A stretch of 63,058 bases of DNA, filler included, from Aduncisulcus paluster (taxonomy: Eukaryota), in the NCBI GenBank assembly GCA_024181965.1. It is 11 parts of 11 records of this genome, joined end to end, with 100 filler letters (N's around TTAATTAATTAA, not from the genome) between each part and the next. Parts side by side here need not be neighbours in the genome. Positions count along the whole stretch, not along the records: positions 20,560 to 32,913 come from BQXS01011405.1; 10 more parts are not named here. One strand, 5' to 3'. Positions within the stretch are counted from its first letter, which is position 1. Every line of letters starts with the position of its first letter. The position numbers and the translations under genes are program-made. Of this stretch, positions 23,901 to 33,013 are shown piece by piece. The notes under the pieces are model-generated. The model was given only the letters and a program-made list of their open reading frames with translations, was not told the origin of the DNA and searched no databases.

Positions 23901-25083
23901 TCTTAGATGATGTTTTAACTAGTGTTGATGTGACTGGTTGACTTGTGGATAACAGCAACGAGGACATATCACAGTCAATCACATCAGTCATGAGTATCCA
24001 TGGAGATATAAGAAAGGTATCGGGATGGAAAGATGATAGAGAAGAATAGGAGGAAAGAGAGAGGACAGAATTGGCACCCAGTTGAATAGCCTTTTCTATA
24101 ATGGCCTGTTCAGACAGCTGATTGGTCCTATAAGGAAATTGATGGGATTTCTGAGTTCTCCCACCTGTCTTTCTATCAGTTTGTGTTCTTCCACTCTGTG
24201 TCTTAGTTCTTGATCTCCCAACACCAGTTGCAGCTTCTTTTGGACCACTCTCAGAGGATGAGTCTTGGATCTTATCCTTAAGGACACAGAGACACACACT
24301 CATGCCAGACAGAGGAAGGATAGGGAATGTATCGTGGGATATTGGGACAATCTCATTCAATCTTACACATTCAATAGGCCATCTAAATGAACACACAATA
24401 GTTGAAGTGATCGTACAATCTTCCTCCTCTTCCTCCTCACAAATCTCAATGAACTCCTTTGAAGAAGAATCCCATGTAACTTGGGCTTGGGAATTTAGAA
24501 ACTGAGGAAATTCGGTAGCAATGTGAATTAAAGCTTTTTCAAATACTTTTGCACTTTTGTAGAGTTCGGGAGTTGTCACAGATGGATTTGTTGAACCACC
24601 AGATAACAAAGAAGATGAGGGGACAGATTCTGTTAGTTGTTGTTTGGAGGAGCACACAGAGCACACTCTTCCGCATACGATTACTCCATGATCAAGAGGA
24701 GGAACAGACAGCAGAGAACAAGCCAAAGAAGAGAGGAAATATGATAGGGGCAATGTAAGGGGGAGAGAAGCGAATTGGGAGGAGGATGGACGGGAAGAAC
24801 TCTCTTTGGAATGTCCTCCAAGCTGACTAGGATGAGGTTTAAACTTTTTTTCGCCCTGTTCAAGGTGTTGTTGAAGCTCTGACTGGGACATGAGAGATCC
24901 AAGTGGGGCATCACCACATACATATACTGGAATATCATTAAATAGATATAATTGAATGCAACTACCTTGAGAAATAAGTTTATAAATATTTTTTGACGGA
25001 TTTGCGGTACTATATAACTTTGGAAGAATGGAAGCAACGGCATGAATTGAAACTATGGTGAAATACGGATTTGAAGAATGCAT
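20962..25083 (-). CDS. Large Ser-rich protein with possible degenerate BRCT repeats
   Basis: 1373-aa ORF. FAFIFLGY...LCDVIKKHGGEI and the C-terminal VVLPLFFHQCILYGKRLDLHEW resemble BRCT start and end motifs (inference). Confidence 0.7.
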   Translation of the reverse strand: MHSSNPYFTIVSIHAVASILPKLYSTANPSKNIYKLISQGSCIQLYLFNDIPVYVCGDAPLGSLMSQSELQQHLEQGEKKFKPHPSQLGGHSKESSSRPSSSQFASLPLTLPLSYFLSSLACSLLSVPPLDHGVIVCGRVCSVCSSKQQLTESVPSSSLLSGGSTNPSVTTPELYKSAKVFEKALIHIATEFPQFLNSQAQVTWDSSSKEFIEICEEEEEEDCTITSTIVCSFRWPIECVRLNEIVPISHDTFPILPLSGMSVCLCVLKDKIQDSSSESGPKEAATGVGRSRTKTQSGRTQTDRKTGGRTQKSHQFPYRTNQLSEQAIIEKAIQLGANSVLSLSSYSSLSSFHPDTFLISPWILMTDVIDCDMSSLLLSTSQPVTSTLVKTSSKSSKDSSKSSSSSSSSSTLCDSLYSLFQPIIQSCHNHSVPIVDSSIMASFPKIFYQSIIDSCSSSSGRSTVSDLQHCKIFDVNGMLVIDKLSVSNESKSKPSQADHIPPKSTNQSSSSSIRAPIYPPSFIPPGTTELLSNINRQYSGHSQQHHARRGGREKGGGGGGDKVSVSDTGISVSSSSERSHSHKNHIHSDTSPSSTDFSTSVPSTTPQGCASVCSSSLLLRSFAFIFLGYPMTQTITLCDVIKKHGGEISGIGGVYKDFFHISSSSSSSSSSKVPTNSTSIPHSSLLSIPFFSTLSVDSLLSFVSTVENYTHNQHVWGEGGRKALWELLEQVKEGEEVKDCEEDVKPIQRIQQHQAREQEDRALTARKEEEEGEEGEEGREGEGREGREGNGALLASRVTQSDLMTSTSISGSVMQSRLRRALQSSPLRFSDGISSSNNSSPSFGQGGKGGGQTSSAFGAYGTPVSSTIPASRTSLQNPLDSLSSQKTLLVCVSDDLWLKCIPEWRRMIEKLKKETDRVTIRVKDTEDIIASSARTASRLRSRPSAGSSWMGKRRRLIFDDPDRPVDQSNGHGILSLSSYCPPMAFMWRDEEHLIPAHKLLESRRRLGLLSSHHQHSVRHKPPSGVCACVCVEYIKVLLAGMRMMFAKEKEGEIQSMRARDTSTMVMSSSAAPTPGFLGGRSPSPSSLTTPLDVHVELENIVADLMPSLPPFVPHTSSQRLSDIFSSHLHRSTIDEPSVLLSKPTTGSSEQHRDSSSTHVGASPTSTDGTALPALSVCFLNCGARLFDERQALAGSTCGRRYEMSDLGRLGLCVCVWRCGGKMCINEDEMEQEMEFTHAPIDNTSSTAAGRKQGDDGMMKTSTRLVIVCPPIPKTDIPPSLLHVDHTVVLPLFFHQCILYGKRLDLHEWVPEETDELATKDDIFSFDRSFTARTGSFGGSIGRDGSVGLIDDGLNAVEDDGDFHMEWMNIQYDE

Positions 25084-25590
25084 TTTATATATTTCTTCCT
25101 AGAATTAAGTGAAATTAGTTACAATATTACAATAAAAATAATTCAGAGAGTGCGAAATAAAGAATCTAAACATACCGTCCAAACACTTTGTACCACAATA
25201 ATATCATCTTCATTAAAGTGTTTTCCGCTAAACACGGTAAATCCAAAGTTAGAAAGGCCTTCTTTTATCGATTTAATATTATCTTGAGTGGAAAACTCTC
25301 CAAAGAAGCAAAAACGCATTATAATCTATATTAGTTGAATAAATTTAAATTAATATCGAATTTTAAGGGAAAATATTGTGAAACCAAAAAATGGTAAGAG
25401 TAAATAAGCGGCCAAACAAGTATTTCGTTAATCGGAATGCTGGAACAACATAAATAATAAGATAAGAACAAGAAGGATCAAAATGATTACAATAAAATAA
25501 GAAATCGAAACTATTACATTTCAGAAAATGATTGAATGCCATAACATCATTTTCTTGATATCGGTGATTATCGACATATGAGAAAGAATT

Positions 25591-26454
25591 ATGGATTATA
25601 GTCGTCAATTAACACTTCATGATTTCACTGAAGATCACCAAAAGAAACTCGCTTCTTCATCTGTTTTGATTGTGGGATGTGGTGGTGTCGGATGTCTCAT
25701 AGCTCTGTATTTAGCTGGTGCGGGAGTTAAAAATCTCTCATTATTAGATATGGATGTTGTTTCCGAATCCAATCTCCACCGTCAGATTGTTTATACCATC
25801 GCTGAAAAGGGTCAAAAGAAAGCCACTCTTCTTGCTGAAAAAGTGAAGGCTTTAAACCCATCTGTTAATGCTACCGCTATTTTAACACCAATATTCTCCG
25901 ACAATGCTGTTGATTTATTTCTTCCCCATGATGTTGTGATAGATGCAAGTGATAATGTTTATACCCGTTATCTATGTTCTGATGCTGCTGTTATTGCAGG
26001 CCATAAACGTGGTCGTCCAGTTCCACTTATATCAGCGGCTTCTGTTGGTTATGCAATGAGTATTGAATCTGTATGCTTGTCTTCTTCCCAACCTTGCTAT
26101 CGATGTCGACACTCTCGCCCTCCCCGCAGAGGAAGAGAACGTACTGCCACAACCACTGGTGTTCTTGGCCCAGTTTCTGGTATTGCAGGAACGTGTGCTG
26201 CCTGTGAATGTATTAAGCTTTTGTGTGGTGATCTTGGTGGAGATTTGCGGGAGAAACGTCTAACCATTGACGTCCATTCGTGGACATGTATCATGGCAAA
26301 AGTAAGTGGAACTCAGAAAGCTGGTTGTATCTGTGAGAAAATGTGGTCTGGAGAAGTTGATGAACCTGTTGAAGAAGTTGGATATCGAAATCAACCACCT
26401 TTCACGGATAAGGATGAGAAACAAGAAAAGGATGAGACAGATGAGAAAGAATGA
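25591..26454 (+). CDS. ThiF/MoeB family E1-like adenylyltransferase (Uba4/MOCS3-like) without a rhodanese domain
   Basis: YSRQL, VLIVGCGGVG, DMDVVSESNLHRQ, DASDN..RY, PCYRC, GVLGP; ends at 287 aa. Confidence 0.88.
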   Translation: MDYSRQLTLHDFTEDHQKKLASSSVLIVGCGGVGCLIALYLAGAGVKNLSLLDMDVVSESNLHRQIVYTIAEKGQKKATLLAEKVKALNPSVNATAILTPIFSDNAVDLFLPHDVVIDASDNVYTRYLCSDAAVIAGHKRGRPVPLISAASVGYAMSIESVCLSSSQPCYRCRHSRPPRRGRERTATTTGVLGPVSGIAGTCAACECIKLLCGDLGGDLREKRLTIDVHSWTCIMAKVSGTQKAGCICEKMWSGEVDEPVEEVGYRNQPPFTDKDEKQEKDETDEKE

Positions 26455-26916
26455 TCCATTTGGACTATTATTGTCGATATTACAACATGTTTTGCGGTAT
26501 TTTGGCAACATGTTTTGCGGGTTTCTGAAAAAAAATTGATTTTCTAATATCTAATTACAATTTTATTGTAATAAAATACGAAAATAAATAAAATTGAATC
26601 AATTTAAAATTGAATTATTTAATTGATAGCTAAATAATTGATTAATTCTGTATTTTAGTTATTTTAGGTATACTCAGATATCATTCTGCCCATTATATAT
26701 GAGTCACTCTACGTACCGTACGTATACGCCAAATTGAAGCTCAGTAACTACATCTTCGAGCCTAAAAAATTAAAAATTAAAGAAAAATATAAAAAAAATA
26801 TAAAAAAAAAATTAATTAATAATAGAAAATTAATGCGATAAATTATTTTTTAAACCTTTAAACCTGTTATTTTTGTTTTAGAAAAGATCCAGAGATGATC
26901 GATATATTATTCTAGG

Positions 26917-29670
26917 TTATTCCAGCAAACCTTCAGTCCCGTCGCTCTCCTCTTCTTCTTCATCTCGATCTGACTGTTCATTAAGTGAACCTGATGAAGG
27001 AACGGGATTTCTGTTGAAAGCTCGAACAAGCAGTGCAATTCCAAGGATGATGCATGCCATCAACACAAGGGCCACGATCAAGGCGGCAAACAGAAGAGGG
27101 TTGATAGGATTGGACTCGACATACACATCTCTCTTTGAGCACACGTTATATCTATCGAGATAATAGCCATCTTCGCACCCTAAGGACTGACATACATCCA
27201 TATTGAAATCATACTCTTCCGAAAGGCTAGATACATTCTTTTCACAGGGGTGACCACCAAATCCATGGTCAAGGGGACATCCGTCATCATCACGTAAGAA
27301 TTCCCCAATTCCACACACGTCAAAGCTTGGTATCACAGCTTCAACCATCTCGTCGATGGAGTTAAGTTCAGCATCAGGACCCGGGGATGGCCAAAAATCA
27401 ACGAAATGAGTGGCATTGTTGACAACAAATTCACTTGGGATGCTATCAGAACTCAATTCCCAATCCCAAGGAAATAATTCTTCAAATGCAAAACGGAGAT
27501 ACTGATTCCGAAGAAACGGTCTGGGTATATTGTTTTTCCCGAATAAGCTAGGATCAACAGTGTCGAATATCCAATTAGAGTCCAAAACACTTCCTCCTGC
27601 AAAGGATGCAACGTCCCATTCCTTATCAGTTTGCTGATCTTGAACGATCCCTCCGACATTCACCATCTTGGCGATATGGCTTTCTTGGGCATGTTTAGCG
27701 AAAGTGGCACACGTTGATCCACAGAGGCCATCGGAGACGATCATAATGTCTTGCTGAGTCAGAGTCTGAAGTGCAGCGGGCATCACATAAGCATCCATGC
27801 GGTCGAGAGCTGCTTCGTCGGATAATTCATCTTCACACACTTGCCATTCATACCGTTGTGAGTATGGTTGCTGGAATACATTGTTATTTACATCTTTATA
27901 GTCACGTACAACAGCCTCATCGAACCAACTAAGCTCAGGAATGAAAGGTTTCCAGCCACTGAGGTAATGATAGTGTGTTGTGAGCGTCAAATATGTCTCT
28001 TTAACAGTCTCAATGATATCGTTCTTGCGGATAGAGTACTGGCCATTGAGTTCTGGCTGTACCTGGCCATCGTAGGGCGATATCATCTTAAGAGTCTTAT
28101 ATCCAAGAGACACATAGCCTCCTCCATTGCTCCGAACATCTACTATAAGCTTATCAACAGGGGGATCCATTGAACCCATATAATCGAAGCAGGAGATCAA
28201 AGTATCAGCAAACTCATCAAGAGTGGACGGGGAGAAAGATGAGATGCGGAGGACAGCATAAGTAACGTTGGAGACAGTGTCCGTACCTGTGAGAAGAGAG
28301 GTCACTTCTCCACGCACTTGGGTTGTCAGGACAAGAGTTGGATCAGCCGAGGATCCCAACACAGATGGGAAATCGTTCATTTGATATTTATCAGTGTATT
28401 CCTGTGTGGCTGCAATGCCTTTCAACACTTTCCAATCAGTCCTCGCATAAATACCGGGGTTTGGAGGGTCAATCACACCCACTGAAGGGTAAAGTTTGTA
28501 ATGATTATAAAAGTAGTCACGGCGACGTAAATCACGATGGTGCCAACGTAAGGCTTCGACACGGCCAAGAGCTTGCATGTGGGTCTGGTATTGTTGATAG
28601 GATATCAAACCTGAGCGTACTTGGTACTCTGGGACCAACCAGGGAGCATCCGAGGCGAAGGCTCCTTTAAGTTCTTCTTGCATATCCATATGGGCATATT
28701 TATAGGCGTGGGGTGAGAAAGAGGATGAAATCGGATGAGATACAGAGCTTGAAATGGTGGTCTCGTCTGATCTTGGGCAATAACTAACAAAATCATCAGT
28801 TCCATGGATAGCAACACTCGGAACTCCAAGATATGGCACATCTAGAAATACATAGCCATCCGTAACATTATCATCAGTGTATGGAATACCAGCATTGATA
28901 ACATCGGTCTCACTGAAATAAAACCGCATAGAATCGGCATGAGAGGGCATTTGCTGTCCCGTTTTGGTTGTTCTGTACCAAAAATCGTTTTTAAGGAACC
29001 TGTTGGTGCAAGATTGATCTTGTTTTGAAGTGTACGAATACAAAGCAGCCATTTCATCGAATTGATAAATCGCAGTTGTGAGAGGAGGTCCATGGATGGC
29101 AGCAACGGTCAATCCGTAGAAATCAGAGGGTATAAGGGTGGAATCAACGGAAGTGTCGAGGGATTCTTCGTATTGAGCATAAACATAAGCATATTGAGCT
29201 GGGAGGGGAGAAAAAAGGAGTGTTTGTCTCACAATACCCGACCCAGAGTTAACATATGATGTTACATTGACTGGTAAAATATAATTGATTTGTCTGTAGC
29301 ACAGAGGAAGCACATATACAGAATGGGGATCATGTAAACCATTAAAAATATCAGATATATTATTGTGAAAATCATATTCACTTGTAAAAGGAGTTAATGG
29401 ATCCCGTAATTGTTCTATTTTGGACTGAACATTCGTTTGAAGACTCTCATAAGGCTGAGGAGGGTTTTGCAATATATCTAAGAAAACGTTCATCTCTATA
29501 ATATCGAGTAAGGACTGGATTGTTGTTTCGGCAAACTCTTGATCGAAAGGAATTGAATTGAGACACTCTCTGACAGTTGTTAAGTCATAAGCAGTATGAG
29601 CCTTCAGCGAACATGTCAAATCGTCATCTTCTTTCACTTCAAGAAGAGATTTCTCCTTGGGGTCGTCCAT
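26917..29670 (-). CDS. S41-family (tail-specific-protease-like) peptidase with a C-terminal TM anchor
   Basis: LHDPHS, VLRISSF, KLIVDVRSNGGGY, IVSDGLCGSTCATF, SFAGG; Cys-rich module, TM helix (LLFAALIVALVLMACIILGIALL) and acidic tail. Confidence 0.8.
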   Translation of the reverse strand: MDDPKEKSLLEVKEDDDLTCSLKAHTAYDLTTVRECLNSIPFDQEFAETTIQSLLDIIEMNVFLDILQNPPQPYESLQTNVQSKIEQLRDPLTPFTSEYDFHNNISDIFNGLHDPHSVYVLPLCYRQINYILPVNVTSYVNSGSGIVRQTLLFSPLPAQYAYVYAQYEESLDTSVDSTLIPSDFYGLTVAAIHGPPLTTAIYQFDEMAALYSYTSKQDQSCTNRFLKNDFWYRTTKTGQQMPSHADSMRFYFSETDVINAGIPYTDDNVTDGYVFLDVPYLGVPSVAIHGTDDFVSYCPRSDETTISSSVSHPISSSFSPHAYKYAHMDMQEELKGAFASDAPWLVPEYQVRSGLISYQQYQTHMQALGRVEALRWHHRDLRRRDYFYNHYKLYPSVGVIDPPNPGIYARTDWKVLKGIAATQEYTDKYQMNDFPSVLGSSADPTLVLTTQVRGEVTSLLTGTDTVSNVTYAVLRISSFSPSTLDEFADTLISCFDYMGSMDPPVDKLIVDVRSNGGGYVSLGYKTLKMISPYDGQVQPELNGQYSIRKNDIIETVKETYLTLTTHYHYLSGWKPFIPELSWFDEAVVRDYKDVNNNVFQQPYSQRYEWQVCEDELSDEAALDRMDAYVMPAALQTLTQQDIMIVSDGLCGSTCATFAKHAQESHIAKMVNVGGIVQDQQTDKEWDVASFAGGSVLDSNWIFDTVDPSLFGKNNIPRPFLRNQYLRFAFEELFPWDWELSSDSIPSEFVVNNATHFVDFWPSPGPDAELNSIDEMVEAVIPSFDVCGIGEFLRDDDGCPLDHGFGGHPCEKNVSSLSEEYDFNMDVCQSLGCEDGYYLDRYNVCSKRDVYVESNPINPLLFAALIVALVLMACIILGIALLVRAFNRNPVPSSGSLNEQSDRDEEEEESDGTEGLLE

Positions 29671-30001
29671 TATCCAATCAATAACTTGTGACGCGAAGAA
29701 AGATAACAGATCCAGTTGGCTTTATCTCCCGTCTCATATCTCCTGTCAATAAAGATCAATCAACTTTCTCAATAATATTCCCTAATAGTTATAGAATATT
29801 ATGATAAGAATACATTTTTATGGGCGTTAATTTAGGAGATAATTTGATTTTCGAGTTCGAGGCCGAAATAATGAATATTTACTGATGTATATTTAATTTA
29901 TTTGTTTATTGGGATATATATTGTTTTGAAAATTCATTAGATAATGATATTCTTTTATAAACACGGTTGAATTAAAATGAAAAAAATAAAAGCACAGGAT
30001 T

Positions 30002-31071
30002 TTATTTACGTAAGATATCGGCCAATGCAGATGTTAGAACTCCCTTAAGGGGAACCAATCCATCGATAGCTGGGGGAATTCCTTTCTCCAAGTTGCCACC
30101 AGCCAAAACATCGGCAATGAGTTGTTTGGCTGCCGATAAAGCACCTTCGCCGAAACAAAAATCATATTTATGCATTGTTTTTATCAGTAAAATCAACTTT
30201 CCAGGAGAAACGGCAGGAAAAGAATGGTGCTTTTTCGTCTCTTCGGTTCTTTCATCAAAGACAAAGAAACATTGTCTCAGAGCACCAAGAGCATTTGGAG
30301 CACTGTATAAACATAATAATAAACATAACTCATTCAGAGAGGGAGGAGAAATATCTCCATCAAAAGTCTTACTAGCTGCTTGACGCAATTTTTCTTCTTG
30401 ATGAAGCTTTTCTTCTGCACTCATATCTTTAGATGGATTGATTGAAAGGGAAACTAAATGATGAAGGTGTAAAACGGATGAAATAACATCAGGAGGAAAT
30501 CCAATCTTTCCTGCTTCTTCAACAATTAATTCTTGAGACGCAGTCTCTCCTTCTTCGTATCTTGCCTTTAAATTTGTTTTTAACTCCAAAATTTTATCGG
30601 TAGAAGCATCAATCCTAAATCCTGTAGAAATCTTCTTATCTGATGATTTTCTAGCAAACCATCTTCAAAAATAAAGTTATATCATAATAAAGAATAAGGA
30701 ACTCCAAAAAAATTATTTATAATAAGTGATAATTAAGATCAAGAAGAGAAACANNNNNNNNNNNNNNNNNNNNTTCCTTTAAATTTGTTTTTAACTCCAA
30801 AATTTTATCGGTAGAAGCATCAATCCTAAATCCTGTAGAAATCTTCTTATCTGATGATTTTCTAGCAAACCATCTTCAAAAATAAAGTTATATCATAATA
30901 AAGAATAAGGAACTCCAAAAAAATTATTTATAATAAGTGATAATTAAGATCAAGAAGAGAAACATACTTGGAAGCAAATTCATAGATATTAGAGGGGGAA
31001 TACCGGATAATATCAGCTGTTAATTCGGCAATAATGTCGGGTAATGCTTCGGGTATAATAATATTTTCCAT
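30002..31071 (-). CDS. RIIa (D/D) domain protein, ropporin/radial-spoke RSP11-like; 2 exons
   Basis: IIIPEALPDIIAELTADIIRYSPSNIYEFASK|WF with a 94-nt gtatgt...gaag intron (30874-30967); exon 2 runs in frame into the 30002..30589 ORF after removing the gap duplication. An alternative upstream ATG exists at 31140. Confidence 0.75.
30565..30964. repeat. ~190-bp direct duplication flanking a 20-N gap
   Basis: 30565-30753 matches 30776-30964. Confidence 0.9.
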
Positions 31072-31404
31072 AGTGTTGGCAAAACACCATCTGAAGTAAA
31101 AACCGCTGATATTGGCAGAATTTATAGAAGTTGATGCCATTAAAACTGTAGGTAGATAACCATTGATCTAATTCACTCAAAATAAATGTTCCTCTATAAT
31201 TATTGAAGGAATGGAAACTGTTTGTCCAATTTAAAGCTAATTGAATGGGTAGCTTACACCTATTATATATTAATCACAATATTCAGACTATATAAGCTTC
31301 ATATTTTACATTTATCTGATGATTATCTGCGTGGTATTGAACCGGATAGTTTCGTCTTTGGGCGCCCAATTTCTGATTAGAGAGATTGTCCTTTTTCTCG
31401 CAAA

Positions 31405-31863
31405 ATGGAGCACCTAAAAAGAGAAATAGAAATTTTAACAGCCTCTCTTGGGCCTTTGGAGAAGATTATTATCAAATATAAAACAACTATGGATACTTTG
31501 AAAGCCTTATCCACAATGCCCGAAGGAAAAGAGATGCTTCTTCCTTTAACAAGTGCTGTATGTTTATTTCTTTGTTTATCTAACCAAGGACTTTGTTCTT
31601 ATATTTATTTTTTTCATATTATTTAGATCTATGTCAATGGGAAACTTCTATCGAACAAAAAGGTTATGATTGATATAGGATGTGGATTTATCATTGAACG
31701 GACACCCGAAGAAGGAATTGCCCTTCTTGAAAGGAAAAAAGCCGTACTTCAAAAGAGAATTAAAGAAAGGAAAGCCAAGATTGTTGAGAAGCAGAAAACT
31801 TACGCAGCTGCTCAAGATGCTGCCTATGAGGAGGCTAGAAGACGTGTGAAACCTTCTCCATAA
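31405..31863 (+). CDS. PFDN5: Prefoldin alpha subunit (subunit 5); exons 31405-31557 and 31627-31863
   Basis: Removing a 69-nt gtatgt...tctaac...tttag intron gives GKEMLLPLTSA|IYVNGKLLSNKKVMIDIGCGFIIERTPEEG. Confidence 0.85.
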
Positions 31864-32181
31864 TTATATTGAATAAAGTTTATCATAGAAGCCATAACAT
31901 TCTCAAGTCGTATTTAATTTGATGTTTTGACGACATGAAGATATTTTTGAACGGATATCTATTAAAAAATGGCCACATAATTGCTTGATAATATTAAAAA
32001 TAATCATTACACTGCTCCAATGGACGTATTTTCAATAATTTTTCCGAAAATAATTTTCAACTTGTTATTAATTGCTTGTTTTGTTGAATTATTGATAAGT
32101 ATTTTAATTATAGGATGTAATATGGTTATTTCTTTTATTCTTGGATCATAATACCTCTAATGGACCAGTAGTAATTGTGGT

Positions 32182-32355
32182 TCATCTTTTTGATAGTAGT
32201 CTTATGTGGTTTTCTTTTACTTCCGGTGATATTGAGCCTATACTGCGTTCCAATGTTGATATAGTATTTAATTGTTTTGTAACGATTACTTGTCTCTGAG
32301 TAACCTTATCCGCCTCACTGAGGCTGCCCCATCCCCGACTTCTGTTCACCGACAT
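32182..32355 (-). CDS. Possible 57-aa small ORF in a GC-richer intergenic island
   Basis: MSVNRSRGWGSLSEADKVTQRQVIVTKQLNTISTLERSIGSISPEVKENHIRLLSKR*; no homology recognised. Confidence 0.2.
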   Translation of the reverse strand: MSVNRSRGWGSLSEADKVTQRQVIVTKQLNTISTLERSIGSISPEVKENHIRLLSKR

Positions 32356-32538
32356 GCCTTCTTGCTGAAAACTGTTCTATTTATACAATATATCGTTTAA
32401 ATGTCATTTATTAATGCTGATAAAAATTCGTGAAGATAAAGTGGCTTTTCTATTATCACTCTTTTCCCTTCACCTTTTTTGTTTCTTATGGTACAAAAAC
32501 ACCAAAAAGAATGAATTTACAAAATTTAAACATAATCA

Positions 32539-32913
32539 ATGGTAAAAAGAAAAAGCCCCAAAGAAAGAGAAGAAAGGAAGGAAGAAGAAATCCCAGGAAT
32601 GGGACGACGACGATCTCCCGAGCGAAGATTTTGAGGACAATAACAACGAAGCTATTGAAATTATTGGAGATGATGATTATGTTCCTATTCAACGCTCTAG
32701 ACCTTCCAGGAGAGCTGTGTCAGAAGTCCATTATGTTCTCAGTGAAAGTGAAGGAGAAGAAGAAGAAGAAGGAGATTATGGGGATGTTGAAGATGATTCT
32801 GGTGATGCTTGGCAGGACGATGGAGATGAACATTCGGAAGATGCAGGTTGGAAGGCAAAGAAGAAGAGGAAAGTAACCAATAAGGTTGCAGTCGAGGTTC
32901 CAGTAGTCTCAAC
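32539..32913 (+). CDS. Basic/acidic low-complexity protein, 3'-partial; needs a +1 shift near its start
   Basis: The ATG 32539 frame stops at 32634; the +1 frame (KEKAPKKEKKGRKKKSQEWDDDDLPSEDF...) is open from 32546 to 32913 but has no ATG. Confidence 0.55.
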
Positions 32914-33013
32914 NNNNNNNNNNNNNNNNNNNNNNNNNNNNNNNNNNNNNNNNNNNNTTAATTAATTAANNNNNNNNNNNNNNNNNNNNNNNNNNNNNNN
33001 NNNNNNNNNNNNN

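Noticed and set aside
31071..31140. An eighth +1 shift at the RIIa gene start (ATG GTG TTT TGC out of frame)
   Set aside because: In-frame ATGs exist at 31071 and 31140, so no shift is required.
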